Below are positions 27,961-40,585 of a stretch of DNA of 64,000 bases, piece after piece; the stretch's first letter is position 1, and each line of letters starts with the position of its first letter. The notes under the pieces were generated by a model that saw only the letters and a program-made list of their open reading frames with translations, was not told the DNA's origin and did no database searches. Source of the DNA: Octopus sinensis. Lineage: Eukaryota. Location: contig NC_043012.1 in assembly GCF_006345805.1 (NCBI RefSeq), positions 33,294,001 to 33,358,000 on the forward strand. The letters run 5' to 3'. The position numbers and the translations under genes were made by a program.

Positions 27961-28779
27961 ATTTGTTTTGTTAACAGTGAGGCAAGACGAGCTTCGACGC
28001 TTACATTAGGAGACGGATCTGTCAGTTTAGGGTTAATTTTTTGCGACAACACCGTCTCCGTGTTCTCTGCATGTAAACATTGTTCGTAGCGTAGCTTCTT
28101 AAGGTTAGCAGATCTGTATTCGTCTGTATTTTTTTGTTGATAGATTTATCTCCGAACATTAGTTTTTTTTGTGCTGTTTTTTAAATTTATGTTAGTTCGA
28201 AAAAATGAAAATAAAATAAGAAAAAAAAGAAAGTTTTGATTTTGTTTTTGCTTGGTTTGTGACATGTGTGTGAGTGTGTGTCATGTAAATTTCACGTAGT
28301 TGTGTAAAACTTTGATATGTATGTGTAGTCCTATGGGTATCAAAATGTATATATGATTGTGTAGGCATTCGAGTACATGCGTAATTACTCAGTTTATGTA
28401 CTCACTATTTTGGTCCGTTTCTATTCTATAATTTGTAAACTTTCCGGTGTTGATATCGTGTGTTTCGCACATGCTTCATTGAGATACCGTACGTAGGAGA
28501 AACTGTACTTTGTATGGCAGTAAAATTTCATTTTTTTTTAGTATTTTCGTTAAAAGTCCGCTTCCTTCAAGTCTTACTCAGGTTCCTTTATCTAATTCGA
28601 TCGATGTTATTGGATTAGTTCTGTTTTTGAATGGGGAGCCCGGTTTAGTACATCCATGTTGTTATTCAGTGAGGGCTCTATTATTATTGATGCAGGCTCA
28701 ATTATTATTCGTGCAGGCTCTATTCTTCTTCTTCTTCTTCTTCTTATTATTATTATTATTCATTATTATTATTATTATT

Positions 28780-29065
28780 CTATGTTTGACTTTTGCCTTA
28801 CATTTGTACAAGTTGGCTCCAAGTCTCACCCAGAAACCTCAAGAGACAACAAGTTGGAAGTTCATGTTGTTGTTATGCCTAGTGTGCCATATATTTGGTT
28901 TTGTATTTAGTGTTGTACTAGTGAATGTCTATAAAAAAAATTATGTTTGTTTTAAAACTTGAGATTACACAGAAAGTATTTTGCGTAGGATATGAGCAGT
29001 TCCCATGAGCACCATCTTTTGAATTTCTGCCATTTTTGGGTTTCCTGGTATCTGAGTTAGGTAGC
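28780..29065 (-). mobile_element. 3' end of the same Dong family as 12540-13872, inside (ATT)n
   Basis: Reverse complement of ~13590-13872. Confidence 0.9.
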
Positions 29066-29067
29066 AA

Positions 29068-29182
<115 letters not shown>

Positions 29183-29703
29183 GTTATTATTATTATTATT
29201 CAGGGGGTTTGTCAAAGGGGCGCATCTAATGCGGGGGTTTGTCTATACAAGGACATTTTGCAATTCATGTAGGAAGTTACATAAAAAAGGGGATGTGGGG
29301 TGGTGACGGGAGAAAGAGTATGAAGCGGGAGAGAAAACATAAATGTATACTTAGTATACAAAAAAAAAAAATATATATAGATAGGGAGAAACAAAAATTG
29401 CTTTGGATGGCGAGAGATTTATCTATATAGATAATTTGTTTTTCTGCGATATATATATATATATATTTTAAGTGATTTTAGTCGTGTTTTTATCGAAGCT
29501 TTATATATTCCTTCACATTTATTTATTTCTATCTGACAATTTGTTATGGTTTACATAAAAAGAAAATATCATGTGATATCATTAATATTAATCAGAGGTA
29601 TGATACCACTGTGTGTATGTGTGTATATGTGTGTGTGTATTAAAACTAATGTCTACGTATTTATTTTTGACATTTTAATAAAAACAACACACAGATTGCT
29701 GAA

Positions 29704-29746
<43 letters not shown>

Positions 29747-29982
29747 AACACACACATATATACATACACATATGTTTATGCGTGCGCTTGCGCATGTATG
29801 TGTGCATGCATGTATATTTTCATACATATGCATTTGCACATATACATATAAATATATGTATATATGTGTGTGTGCATATGTACAATATATACATACATAT
29901 ACACATACCTAGATATTTCTTCTATCTATTCTATCTATCTATCTATGTACCTACCTGTTTGTTTATCGCTCTCTCTCTCTTA

Positions 29983-30031
<49 letters not shown>

Positions 30032-30127
30032 CATACATACATACATACATACATACATACACACACACACATATATAGGTATGTATCTATCCATCTGAAT
30101 ATATATATCCATATATATTTATACATA

Positions 30128-30165
<38 letters not shown>

Positions 30166-30618
30166 CACAATTATATATATATACACACACACGATGTATA
30201 TACATACATATACACATCTATCTATCTATATATATATCTGTGTATATATACATATATCTGTATATATACATATATCTGTATATATATATATATATGTGTA
30301 TATATATATATATGTGTATATATATATATGTGTATATATATATATATGTGTATATATATATGTGTATATATATATATATATATGTGTATATATATATATA
30401 TGTGTATATATATATATGTGTATATATATATATATATATACATACACACATATATATATGTATGTATGTATCTATCTGTTTATCTATCTCTTTCTCTCTC
30501 TCTCTCTCTACGTATGTATATGTGTGTGTATGTGTGTATGTTTGTATTTATATATGTGTATATGCATGTGTATATATATATGTATATATATATATGTGTG
30601 TGTGTGTGTGTATATATA

Positions 30619-30649
<31 letters not shown>

Positions 30650-30769
30650 GTATTATATAATGCGTATGTTTTGTTTAAGGAGAATGCACTTTAGTCACAT
30701 TATAGAAATAAAAAATATATTGAAGCCGCAACTAAATTATACAGAAAACACGCATACACATTACGAATT

Positions 30770-30802
<33 letters not shown>

Positions 30803-31430
30803 CACACATGCACGCACTCACTCCCACATACACTCCCACAAACAGTATTGAAATGTCACAAGTGACAGGCACATAACATATATCACATTAACAGTTCTAG
30901 TTTACCTAGCGCCATCGCCACCACCACCACCACCACCATTACATCCACCACTGTCATCATCAGCTTCATCATTATCATCATCATCACCCTCATCATCATC
31001 ACCCTCATCATCATCATCATCATCATCACAACACCGGTAATCACCTCCACAACCGGCTTCATAAGGACTACCACTACCACCATCATCATCATCATCATCA
31101 CCTTTCTCCTATGAAAATTTTTTTTTGCCAATCATTTACACTATTTTTGACATCCCAAACTGCTGGATTCCGGATCCTATTCCTTTTCAGATCTTCCTCA
31201 ATTTCCTTCCTAGGGTTATATATTGACGTATCTCCTACATCCTGCTTCAGCTGACGATTTTTTAAAATGTATCTAATTTTTTTTAAAGATCTCTGCGCAA
31301 CTTCACAGAAAAATAATCAAAAATTCCTCCAGAAAAGATCCTTAATTAAGTATCACATAGATAGGCTGCGCTAGAGTTTACTCGGTAAATAATGCAATAT
31401 CTACTTTTCCTAATATTTAGTGAAGACAGA

Positions 31431-31745
31431 TAGCTCAGTGGTTAGAGTGGCGGGCTCACAATCAAGAGGTAGTGAGTTCAATTCGCGGACCGGGCTCTGT
31501 GTTGTCTTCTTAAGCAAGACATTTTATTCCATGTTAGTTCAGTTCACTCAGCTGCAGGAATGAGTTGCAACGTGTCACTGACGCTAAACTATATCTTAGA
31601 TAACATCAGTGGAATGGAGAGGGGAGTCTGGTATGCATGGGTGATTGCTGGTCTTCCATAAACAACTCTGCCAGGACTTGTGCCTCAGAGAGTAACTTTC
31701 TAGGTGCAATCCCATGATCATTCATAATCGGGGTCTTTTACATTT
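31431..31745 (+). mobile_element. tRNA-derived SINE family S3
   Basis: A box tagctcagtggtt, B-box-like gagttcaattc, core agcaagaca.tttatt.ca...gttcactcagctg. Relatives at 46353-46570 and 56630-56880. Confidence 0.75.
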
Positions 31746-32149
31746 TTTATATCCTAGTAATCATTCTTCTCCAAATTGGTATCCTTCGTATGTAAAACTT
31801 CACATATGGAATAATTTATTCTATATCCAGGAAGATATTAGGATGTTATCTACTTGCAGATTCAAGGTTGATTTGTGTAGCTAAAATTTGGATTTCACTT
31901 AAGGTTGAAGTATTCTACCATATTGTGTCCAATACCTTGACCTTATAAATAAATTCTGCATATTTTATATTTCTGAATTATATTTGACTGAGTGACTCTC
32001 AATTGTACACACATATCACTGAAATTTATACCTTTTTACTATACTTAAGGCTATTGGATGAAATATACTCTGACCTTGTTTAGAATTTTGTATTCATGAT
32101 TCGAAATTCAAACCTTCGGGTCATCATAGCCAATGACCGATTTTATAGT

Positions 32150-32420
32150 CATATCAGGTTTCTGTAGTTTGTAAGCCATTTGTTGTTTAATTTCTTGCAT
32201 TTTGGCAATTTCAACCAATCAATGACGTCTATTGAGGTGAATACAATTTCTGCTGTCAACAACATTTTCAACAAATGGCTTACAAACTACAGAATTTTCT
32301 CAAGAAAGCCAAGAGAAAAAGATGATTTATGTAACACACTACCAGTATACGAAGTTTAAAAGTGTTTAGTTACAAAGAAATTATTTTAAAAACCTGCCGG
32401 TCAAAGTGAAAAGATCCCAA
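32150..32420. mobile_element. Probable non-autonomous DNA element with internal 26-bp inverted repeat
   Basis: ttctgtagtttgtaagccatttgttg (32160-32185) / caacaaatggcttacaaactacagaa (32269-32294). Confidence 0.45.
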
Positions 32421-32429
32421 TCTTCCTCT

Positions 32430-33638
32430 AACTGAATTTGAAGGTCTAACTTCGGGAAAATTTTCCCTCTGTTTGGTTTAGCAAATACTTCTGGGCTTGG
32501 TAGTGGGTAATTGTGTGCGAGTAAAGAGTCGTTTAATCCAGTTGAGAAGTCTGCGCACAATCTTAGCTATTTTTTGTTTTTCACGTAGACCGCCAGTGCT
32601 ACCCAGTCTGTATGAGCAATCTTTTCAATTATATTCAGGCTTTCCAACCTTTCTAGTTCTTTATTGATCTGTTCTACCGCTGCAAACGGCACATTCCGTT
32701 TGCGTCTGAGAATAAGCGTTCAATTTTCTTTGATAGAAATCCTTGCTTTTGCTTTTGTGCAACAGCCTAAAAACTTCTGAAAAAAACTTTTGGGAAAGTT
32801 TCTATCAATTTTTCATCTCGGTTCGTCGACCTCGTTCGATCGTTTGACTGCTCCGTTTACATTATTGTACAAAACGCTTATGGGTGTATCCCATAAACTA
32901 AATTTCTTCATACATTCGGTGTCAAATAATTTCATAGATTTTTTCAACACATAAACACTCACTTTCTGGTTCGACCTTTGAACATTATATCACAAACGCT
33001 TTTGCCCGTGAAATATTATTTTCTTCATGTAACACCATTCGTTATTTGGTTTGGATTAGCCCCTTGTGGGTAGTAAAGAAATAGGTATTTTGTTTGGATT
33101 ACATAATTTTGGTTTACCCATTTATGATTGTGATATCATTTCCTGTGTCTAATTGCGTTCTGCCACACACTAGTGGTTTCAATTCTGACACTGACAAATT
33201 TTCTGTTTTACTGCTGACAAACTATTTATTTTTTCTTGTTTGTTCCATTTTCCTGACATTTTTGTTTAAAAAAATGTGTTCAAATCTTCGAAAGTAAGTC
33301 TCGAAAGTTACTCCTTCTTCGGGGGCATATTTGAATTCGCTCATGGAATATGCTACATGGTCAGGCGAAAATTCATTCTTCGATTTGGTTATCAACTTCA
33401 TTAGCTGTAGCATTTGTTGCTGCAATCTTTGTTGTTATTCTCGTTGTTCTTTGAGTTGTTATTGTGGCTGTTTTTGCAACTCAACTAACCCAGCTAACAA
33501 GTCTTCCATTTTTTACTATTTTCGTAAAATTGCATAACGAGATTTTTCTTTCTTTTTTGTATAGTTATTTAATTTTTCACATTCCGTGTGAATGTTTTTT
33601 TTGTCACTTCGCGTAAATTTGTTTTTCCTCGTCACCAC
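32430..33638 (-). mobile_element. Ty3/Gypsy LTR retrotransposon internal remnant (gag, protease, start of RT) with PBS
   Basis: EFKYAPEEGVTFETYFRRFEHIF (gag), LDTGNDITII (protease), RNVPFAAVEQINKELERLE and RLCADFSTGLN (RT). PBS TGGTGACGAGG at 33637-33627. Confidence 0.85.
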
Positions 33639-33919
33639 TGTTGTGAAGTGGGTTTCTCCCATTGGTGTGATGTGTGACTGTCGTTGTACTGTAGTTGCTG
33701 GTTTACGCTAGTAGCCACAATAGTTACTAGTCATCACACACCGTTGTATCTCTTCGTACCGGAATAGTAATATACTAAATTCTGTCTTACTATCGCTGAT
33801 AGCTCCACAAGACACCAACTAGAAATGTCGACTCTAAACTCTTCGACTCTCGACCCTCTATTTATAGTGACTGGTTCCAACCACTTTTTACTGGGAGGGG
33901 TTTACAGTTTCACTATACA
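33639..33919 (-). mobile_element. Putative 5' LTR of the Gypsy remnant
   Basis: Ends ...ACAACA one base before the PBS. TATAAATA on the minus strand near 33860. Candidate start TGTATAGTG at 33919 (upstream boundary uncertain). Confidence 0.5.
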
Positions 33920-34689
33920 TCACACTGTACACAGCCACTCTCGTATCTCACACGATTTCCAAAGTCATTTTTTGCACTTGCTTTCGTATGTCCATTTCAT
34001 GTTGTCTTCCCAAGAGAACGTCAGATCATCATTGAGGACACTTTTTCAAGTCAAATCATACCATGACGTTAGGGAGTTGCTTCGTAACTGTAAAGTAGCT
34101 GGGATGGGGGGTGGGGAACAATGAACCCTTTCGTCAAATCCGCCTTCATTGCGCCCGTAATGTATTGTTGCATGTATATATGCCTTCCTGTACCTGTCTA
34201 CCTATCTACGTGTCTCTCTGCTTATTTCTACACTTATGTCTCCCTGATTCCATTCTTAACTTTCAATCCTGTGTCTCTTCTTCTCTATCTTTACACTCCT
34301 GCCTCGCCATTTCCCGACCTCCTCGAAGAAAACAACATAGTATAAATTGATGCCGATTGCATTGTCGCTGCTGCATTCCTCTTTAATGTGCCCAAGATTT
34401 GGTATTCCTGCCAGAAACATTGTACCAGAGATGACTTGAATACTGTCAGAACATGCACCGAAGATGTATAGCCCCCCACACACCTGTCCTGCAATCTAAC
34501 ATTGATCGAGAAAGAAGGCATGTCCTACATCACTCCCAGGATAAATCGTAACCTAGCTAATTCTATTTTCCATAACATGCTCCACTATGGCTTCTTTTGA
34601 CTAGCTGTCATTCATCCTGTCCACGTGCACTATTCTCTTAAACGTACTCCTTTAGTCATGCTTATTTCCTCGTCAGTATGGGGAATTTC

Positions 34690-35140
34690 TATTCCAATTC
34701 AATTCAATTCAATTTTTATTGGCTCAAGAAGCAAAAGCAAGGCTATGTAGGGGGTACAGTGAGTTATGTACAGAGAGGGTGGCCATACAAAGAGTTCAGG
34801 CCATTTCTGGTCAAGAAAGACTTTGAACCGAGCGGTCGTCGGCATCTTCACTATCTCATCCGGCAGCTTATTCCACGGATCCGCAACCCAGGCGGAGAAA
34901 GCCCCTCTCCTTCGATTGAGATGAAATCGTCGTCGTAGATAGAGCTTTTCGGAGTGACCCCGCAGCCCACACTCTGGAGCAGGAGTGAAGAACAGCTCTT
35001 TCGAGAGGTTACACTTTCCGCTTATGATGTTGTGAGCGAGAATGAGATCACCACGGCGTCGTCGTTTTTCGAGAGAATAAAGGTCGAGCGTCTTCAGCCT
35101 TCCTTTGATACTCTGGTGATAATTTGTTCCGTACCCGTCC
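34690..35140 (-). mobile_element. CR1-group LINE 3' fragment (second family) with (ATTGA)n tail
   Basis: RLKTLDLYSLEKRRRRGDLI...LRGHSEKL...WNKLPDEIV. Confidence 0.88.
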
Positions 35141-35617
35141 CACCGATGTTTTTTATTTTTTTTTTTTGCACAGCAGCCATCACCACTTCCATTTCTGGGG
35201 TGACTTCGGTTATTTAAACTGCTTGTACACTTCTCTATTTCCTTCCTGTCGACTCTACTCAATGATCTGCAATGACAACGGAATTGACAGATTCTCGTAG
35301 CATCATGAGGTAGCGTGATTCTCATCCTTTGACCTCCTTCACTAGCGATGTTAAAGGCCAGCTGGAGCTTTGCAGTTGCGCTGTACAGTGCTGTTCGTGT
35401 AATCAATGGAAATTTGACCATATACACACGCCCACTCTCCATACAAATAAACAATGACTCACGTATACATAAATTCGCACGCACGTACACATAAAGCTTA
35501 TATACATACGCGCACCTGCGCTTCTAGTTATGCGCGCATTTGTTCCGATATGTGTGTGAATATATGTATGTATATATATGTATATATATATAAAATAAAT
35601 ATCACATATATATATAT

Positions 35618-35664
<47 letters not shown>

Positions 35665-35687
35665 CAAATATATATCTTTTATATATA

Positions 35688-35731
<44 letters not shown>

Positions 35732-36372
35732 AATATCATATATATATATATATACACACACACACATATATATATATATAAAATAATACGATATATATAT
35801 ATGTGTTTATATATATAAAATAAATATCATATATATATAAAATGAATATCATATATATATATATAAAATATATATCATATATATATAGATATATATGTAT
35901 ATATACATAAATAAATAAATAAATAAATATATATATATATATATGTATTATTTACAGGGATATGTTTACACGCAATCTTCAAACATTCAATTATATAGAC
36001 ATTCACTCCATCCCACCCACTACATTCTCCTCCTCCTCCTCTCCCGCACATATTAATCGAACCTATTTACATATATACTTACGCACCCCCCCAACACACT
36101 TAACTATATGCACATTTTCAATCATCTATATTATATATTTCTCTGTAGAACTTTGTTTACATAAATACCGTTCTCTACACCTCCACACAAGCTTAAACAT
36201 ACCAGCCCACTTGGCAGACTCGTATAATCGTACGTGTCTGCATGCATATGTACATATGCATACATACGAACACTTCAGGTTTACATATATATGTGTATGT
36301 ATGTATGTATGTATGTATGTATGTATGTATGTATGTATGTATGTATGCATGCATGCATGCATGCATGCATGC

Positions 36373-36400
<28 letters not shown>

Positions 36401-36403
<3 letters not shown>

Positions 36404-36741
36404 GTTAATCCAAACATGAAAGCACAAAAAAGCACAAAAAAGCACAACAACGCGAGGACGTGGAACAAATAAAGTATTATTGGACGCTCAAGAAAGAAGG
36501 AGGGTTTAACGTTTCGAGCGGAGCTCTTCGTCGGAAACATAGGAGAAGGAAAGATCCAAGGAAGGGAAGACGGAGGAAAAAAATCGCCAACGGTACACAC
36601 GCGGTCACATTCTGAATGTATGTATGTATGTATGATGTATGTATGTATGTATGTATGTATGTATGTATGTATGTATGTATGTATGTATTATGTATGTATG
36701 TATGTATGTATGTATGCATGCATGCATGCATGCATGCATGC

Positions 36742-36772
<31 letters not shown>

Positions 36773-36984
36773 GTTAATCCAAACATGAAAGCACAAAAAA
36801 GCACAAAAAAGCACAACAACGCGAGGACGTGGAACAAATAAAGTATTATTGGACGCTCAAGAAAGAAGGAGGGTTTAACGTTTCGAGCGGAGCTCTTCGT
36901 CGGAAACATAGGAGAAGGAAAGATCCAAGGAAGGGAAGACGGAGGAAAAAAATCGCCAACGGTACACACGCGGTCACATTCTGA
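36401..36984 (-). mobile_element. Tandem pair (369-bp period) of Penelope-like terminal elements, each with a hammerhead fold
   Basis: 36401-36615 appears identical to 36770-36984, separated by (TATG)n. Confidence 0.7.
36504..36538 (-). ncRNA. Minimal type-I hammerhead-like ribozyme (copy 2 at 36873-36907)
   Basis: guuu CCGACGA A GAGC-ucc-GCUC GAAAC GUU aaac: stem I, variant core, stem II, GAAA, palindromic stem III. Confidence 0.6.
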
Positions 36985-37043
36985 ATGTATGTATGTATGT
37001 ATGTATGTATGTATGTATGTATGTATGTATGTATGTATGTATG

Positions 37044-37088
<45 letters not shown>

Positions 37089-37109
37089 TATATATATATA
37101 CATATATAC

Positions 37110-37572
37110 ATCAATTTATATAAATGAGGATAAGATCGTTAATTTAAAAATAAAATAACGATTTTATCAAGTGGCCAGCATGGAAAAATAACCTTCAAAG
37201 GTAATAATTATCAAAATTATAAATTAGGGTATCTACGAGATACCACCATGCTGAATATAGCAGCCATTATCTGACTCTAAAACGACCTTCATTGTCCATA
37301 TCGCAAACACGGAGAGAAAACAAAGAGACAAGATGAAACTAGTAAAAAATTACTTGATAATTCTAGATTCCAGATTTCTGACAAGGCAAATCATTCCTAA
37401 ATGCAAAGTCAGAAATCCGGGATCTAGAATTATCCAGTAATTTTTTACTAGTTTCATCTTGTCTCTTTGTTTTCTCTCTGTGTTTGCAATATGGACAATT
37501 AAGGTGGTTTTAGAGTCAGATCATGGCTGCTATTTTTAGCATGGTGGTATTTCGTAGATACCCTAATTTATA
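37110..37572. repeat. Asymmetric fold-back element: ~108-nt unique end plus 165-bp imperfect arms, 25-nt loop
   Basis: 37218-37382 is the imperfect reverse complement of 37408-37572. Embedded in (TA)n. Confidence 0.9.
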
Positions 37573-37576
37573 CTTT

Positions 37577-37608
<32 letters not shown>

Positions 37609-37649
37609 ATATATATATAATATATATATATAGGCCATCACCTATTCTA

Positions 37650-38185
37650 CAGAGTGTCCCAAAAAAATGTATACACACCTTAAATAATTGTAAATTTGGG
37701 GTTTATTATAATTCGAATAATTTTCAACATGTAAAAGAATTTACAAATATCATTCTATTGTCTTGTTATCGCATGTTCTCAAACTGATGTCCGTTCTGCT
37801 CCAGACACTGCTGACAACGCGAAGCGATGGAATGGCACACATCATGGAACAATTCCCTTGGGATATTCGTACATTCATGTTCAATGGTTGCCCTCAATTG
37901 AACGACAGTTGCAGGTTTCTGTGCGTAGACTTTGTCCTTTAGGTATCCCCATAAAAAGAAGTCTAGTGGTGTGAGGTCTGGTGAACGTGGAGGGTATTCG
38001 ACAAAACCTCTCCGTCCAATCCACCTGTTTGGCAAGATCCCATCAAGAAAGGATCTAACATCGCGATGGTAGTGTGGAGGTGCCCCATGTTGCTGGAAAT
38101 AAAACTCTTCCTGTTCAAAGTCCTCTCTAATGCTTGACATGACAGACTGTTGCAGCAAGTGTATACATTTTTTTGGGACACCCTG
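37650..38185 (-). mobile_element. Tc1/mariner-superfamily internally deleted element
   Basis: TIRs cag(a/g)gtgtcccaaaaaaatgtatacac with TA TSD. FQQHGAPPHY...PPRSPDLTPLDFFLWGYLKDKVY. Confidence 0.92.
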
Positions 38186-38187
38186 TA

Positions 38188-38346
38188 TATCGACCCCAGT
38201 GCGTAACTGGTACTTAATTTATCGACTCCGAAAGGATGAAAGGCAAAGTCGACCTCGGCGGAATTTGAACTCAGAACGTAAAGACAGACGAAATACAACT
38301 AGGCATTTCGCCCGGCGTTCTAACGTTTCTGCCAGCTCGCCGCCTT
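38188..38346 (-). mobile_element. S1 SINE lacking its 3' tail
   Basis: S1 core and head. Confidence 0.85.
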
Positions 38347-38767
38347 AATTTTTTTCTATTTCTGTCTCTTTCTTTTTGTCCTTATAATTTAGACCAATCT
38401 TTACCCATTCTTACTGACCTCATTCCTCTGCTAGCTACTGCATCTAACTTTTCCGTTTCCCTCTCTTCGCCCTTCCCATCTTGTTTGTGTGTGTGTCCCC
38501 TCTTGTCCAACCCTTGCCTTTCATTGACACTTATTCCCTAGCTCCCATCTCGACTGTCCTCGATCTTGTAAGAAAAAAAAAAATTTGGTTGCCTTGCGCT
38601 CTTAACTCACACTTCACTGCCTGCTCTATCGTACTGTCCCCTCACTACTCACACCACCTCTCAGTGGGTTTTTTCTCCTCGCTCTTCTCCTACAGATTTC
38701 CAATACATCCATCTTTTTCTGCACACTCTCTCTCATATGCAAGTTCATAATCCAGGCAGCAACACAG

Positions 38768-38847
<80 letters not shown>

Positions 38848-38852
<5 letters not shown>

Positions 38853-39103
38853 CAACAATTGAGGGCAAAATTAATCAATTATTAATCAATTTCACCAAGT
38901 GTTCAGTATGCAAAGGGACCATTCAAGGCGAATTCAAATTATTACATTATATAAAAGGGCTTAGTAAAATAAATTACTTTGCCGCATACTGAACTCATTA
39001 GAAATAGCAGCTAAAAAACTTTTTAAAAAGTTTTTTAGCTGCTATTTCTAATGAGTTCAGTATGCGGCAAAGTAATTTATTTTACTAAGCCCTTTTATAT
39101 AAT
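38848..39103. repeat. Asymmetric fold-back element: ~98-nt unique end plus perfect 158-bp palindrome
   Basis: 38946-39024 is the exact reverse complement of 39025-39103, with no loop. Confidence 0.95.
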
Positions 39104-39804
39104 ATATATATATATATATATTTTTTCCTCTCCGAAGAAGGAAAATGTCCAGATCGTTATGTTATTTCTTTCCTCGAGGAAAACCAACTCACTGAACTCT
39201 TATACAAACACTCTTCTGGATTATATTTGCCAACACAAACAATCACCAGTAAACACAGATTTCAGGATTTTCCTATATATCGATTTACCTATCAGTAGAT
39301 CTATGTGCATAGCTATGAATTTCTCTCTGCCTATGTATCTATTTGCACACTAATGCATCTATCTATCTGTGAATCTAGTTATACACATTTTTACCTATAT
39401 ACTTATTAATCTACTTAGTTATCTGTTTATCTATCTATAGAATTATCCATCTTTTCTCTGTTTCCGCTTTTGCCTATTTATCTGTTGCTGTATACATCTC
39501 GATCTGTCTATCTTTCTATCATTATAACAATCGATATATATCTTGGTTAAAATGCCTTTAAGTTGTTTTTCTGATATTTCCTACTTGTTCGAGTTTGTTC
39601 CAAAATAATCCCGCAAGCTTACATCGTAACTCCGTAACTCGGAACATCGTAACTCGGAACATCGTAACTCGGAACATGTCAACTTAGCGTCAAAGACTCG
39701 TGAAGTACTTTTGTGACTTTAAGACTCAAACATATCATTTCAAAATTGGCTATTACCAACGCGCATTTTAATTCATTTACGTATATGTGTATGTATACAC
39801 GCAT

Positions 39805-40585
39805 TCATGTATGTATGTATGCATGCATGTATGTATGTATGTATGTATGTATGTATGTATGTATGTATGTATGTATGTATGTATGTATGTATGTATGCAT
39901 GTATGTATGTATGTATGTATGTATGTATGTATGTATGTATGTATGTATGTATGTATGTATGTATGCATGCATGCATGCATGCATGTATGTATGTATGTAT
40001 GTATGCATGTATGTGTGTATGTATGTATGTATGTATATATGTATGTATGTATGTATGCATGTATGCATGTATGCATGTAAGTATGTATGTAAGTATGTAT
40101 GTGTATGTATGTATGTATGTATGTATGCATGTATGTATGTATGTATGTATGTATGTATGTATGTATGTATGTATGTATGTATGTATGCATGTATGTATGT
40201 ATGTATGTATGTATGCATGTATGTATGTATGTATGTATGTATGTATGTATGCATGTATGTATGTATGTATGTATGCATGTATGTATGTATGCATGCATGC
40301 ATACATGCATGTATGTATGTATGTATGTATGTATGTATGTATGTATGTATGTATGTATGCATGTAAGTATGTAAGTATGCATGTATGTATGCATGCATGT
40401 ATGTATGTATGTATGTATGTATGCATGTATGTATGTATGTATGTATGTATGCATGTATGTATGTATGTATGTATGTATGTATGTATGTATGTATGTATGT
40501 ACGTAATGTATGTATGTATGTATGTATGTATGCATGCATGTATGTATGTATGTATGTATGTATGTATGTATGTATGTATGTATGT
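39805..40585. repeat. (TATG)n microsatellite, ~780 bp
   Basis: Directly visible. Confidence 0.98.

Noticed and set aside
38848-39020. Twister ribozyme (minus strand has UAA...CUAAGCCC)
   Set aside because: P2/P4 and pseudoknot spacing do not fit, and the AAGCCC segment is not conserved in the 37110 copy.
39620-39678. 15-bp tandem repeat acatcgtaactcgga
   Set aside because: About three copies, consistent with an ordinary local slippage duplication.
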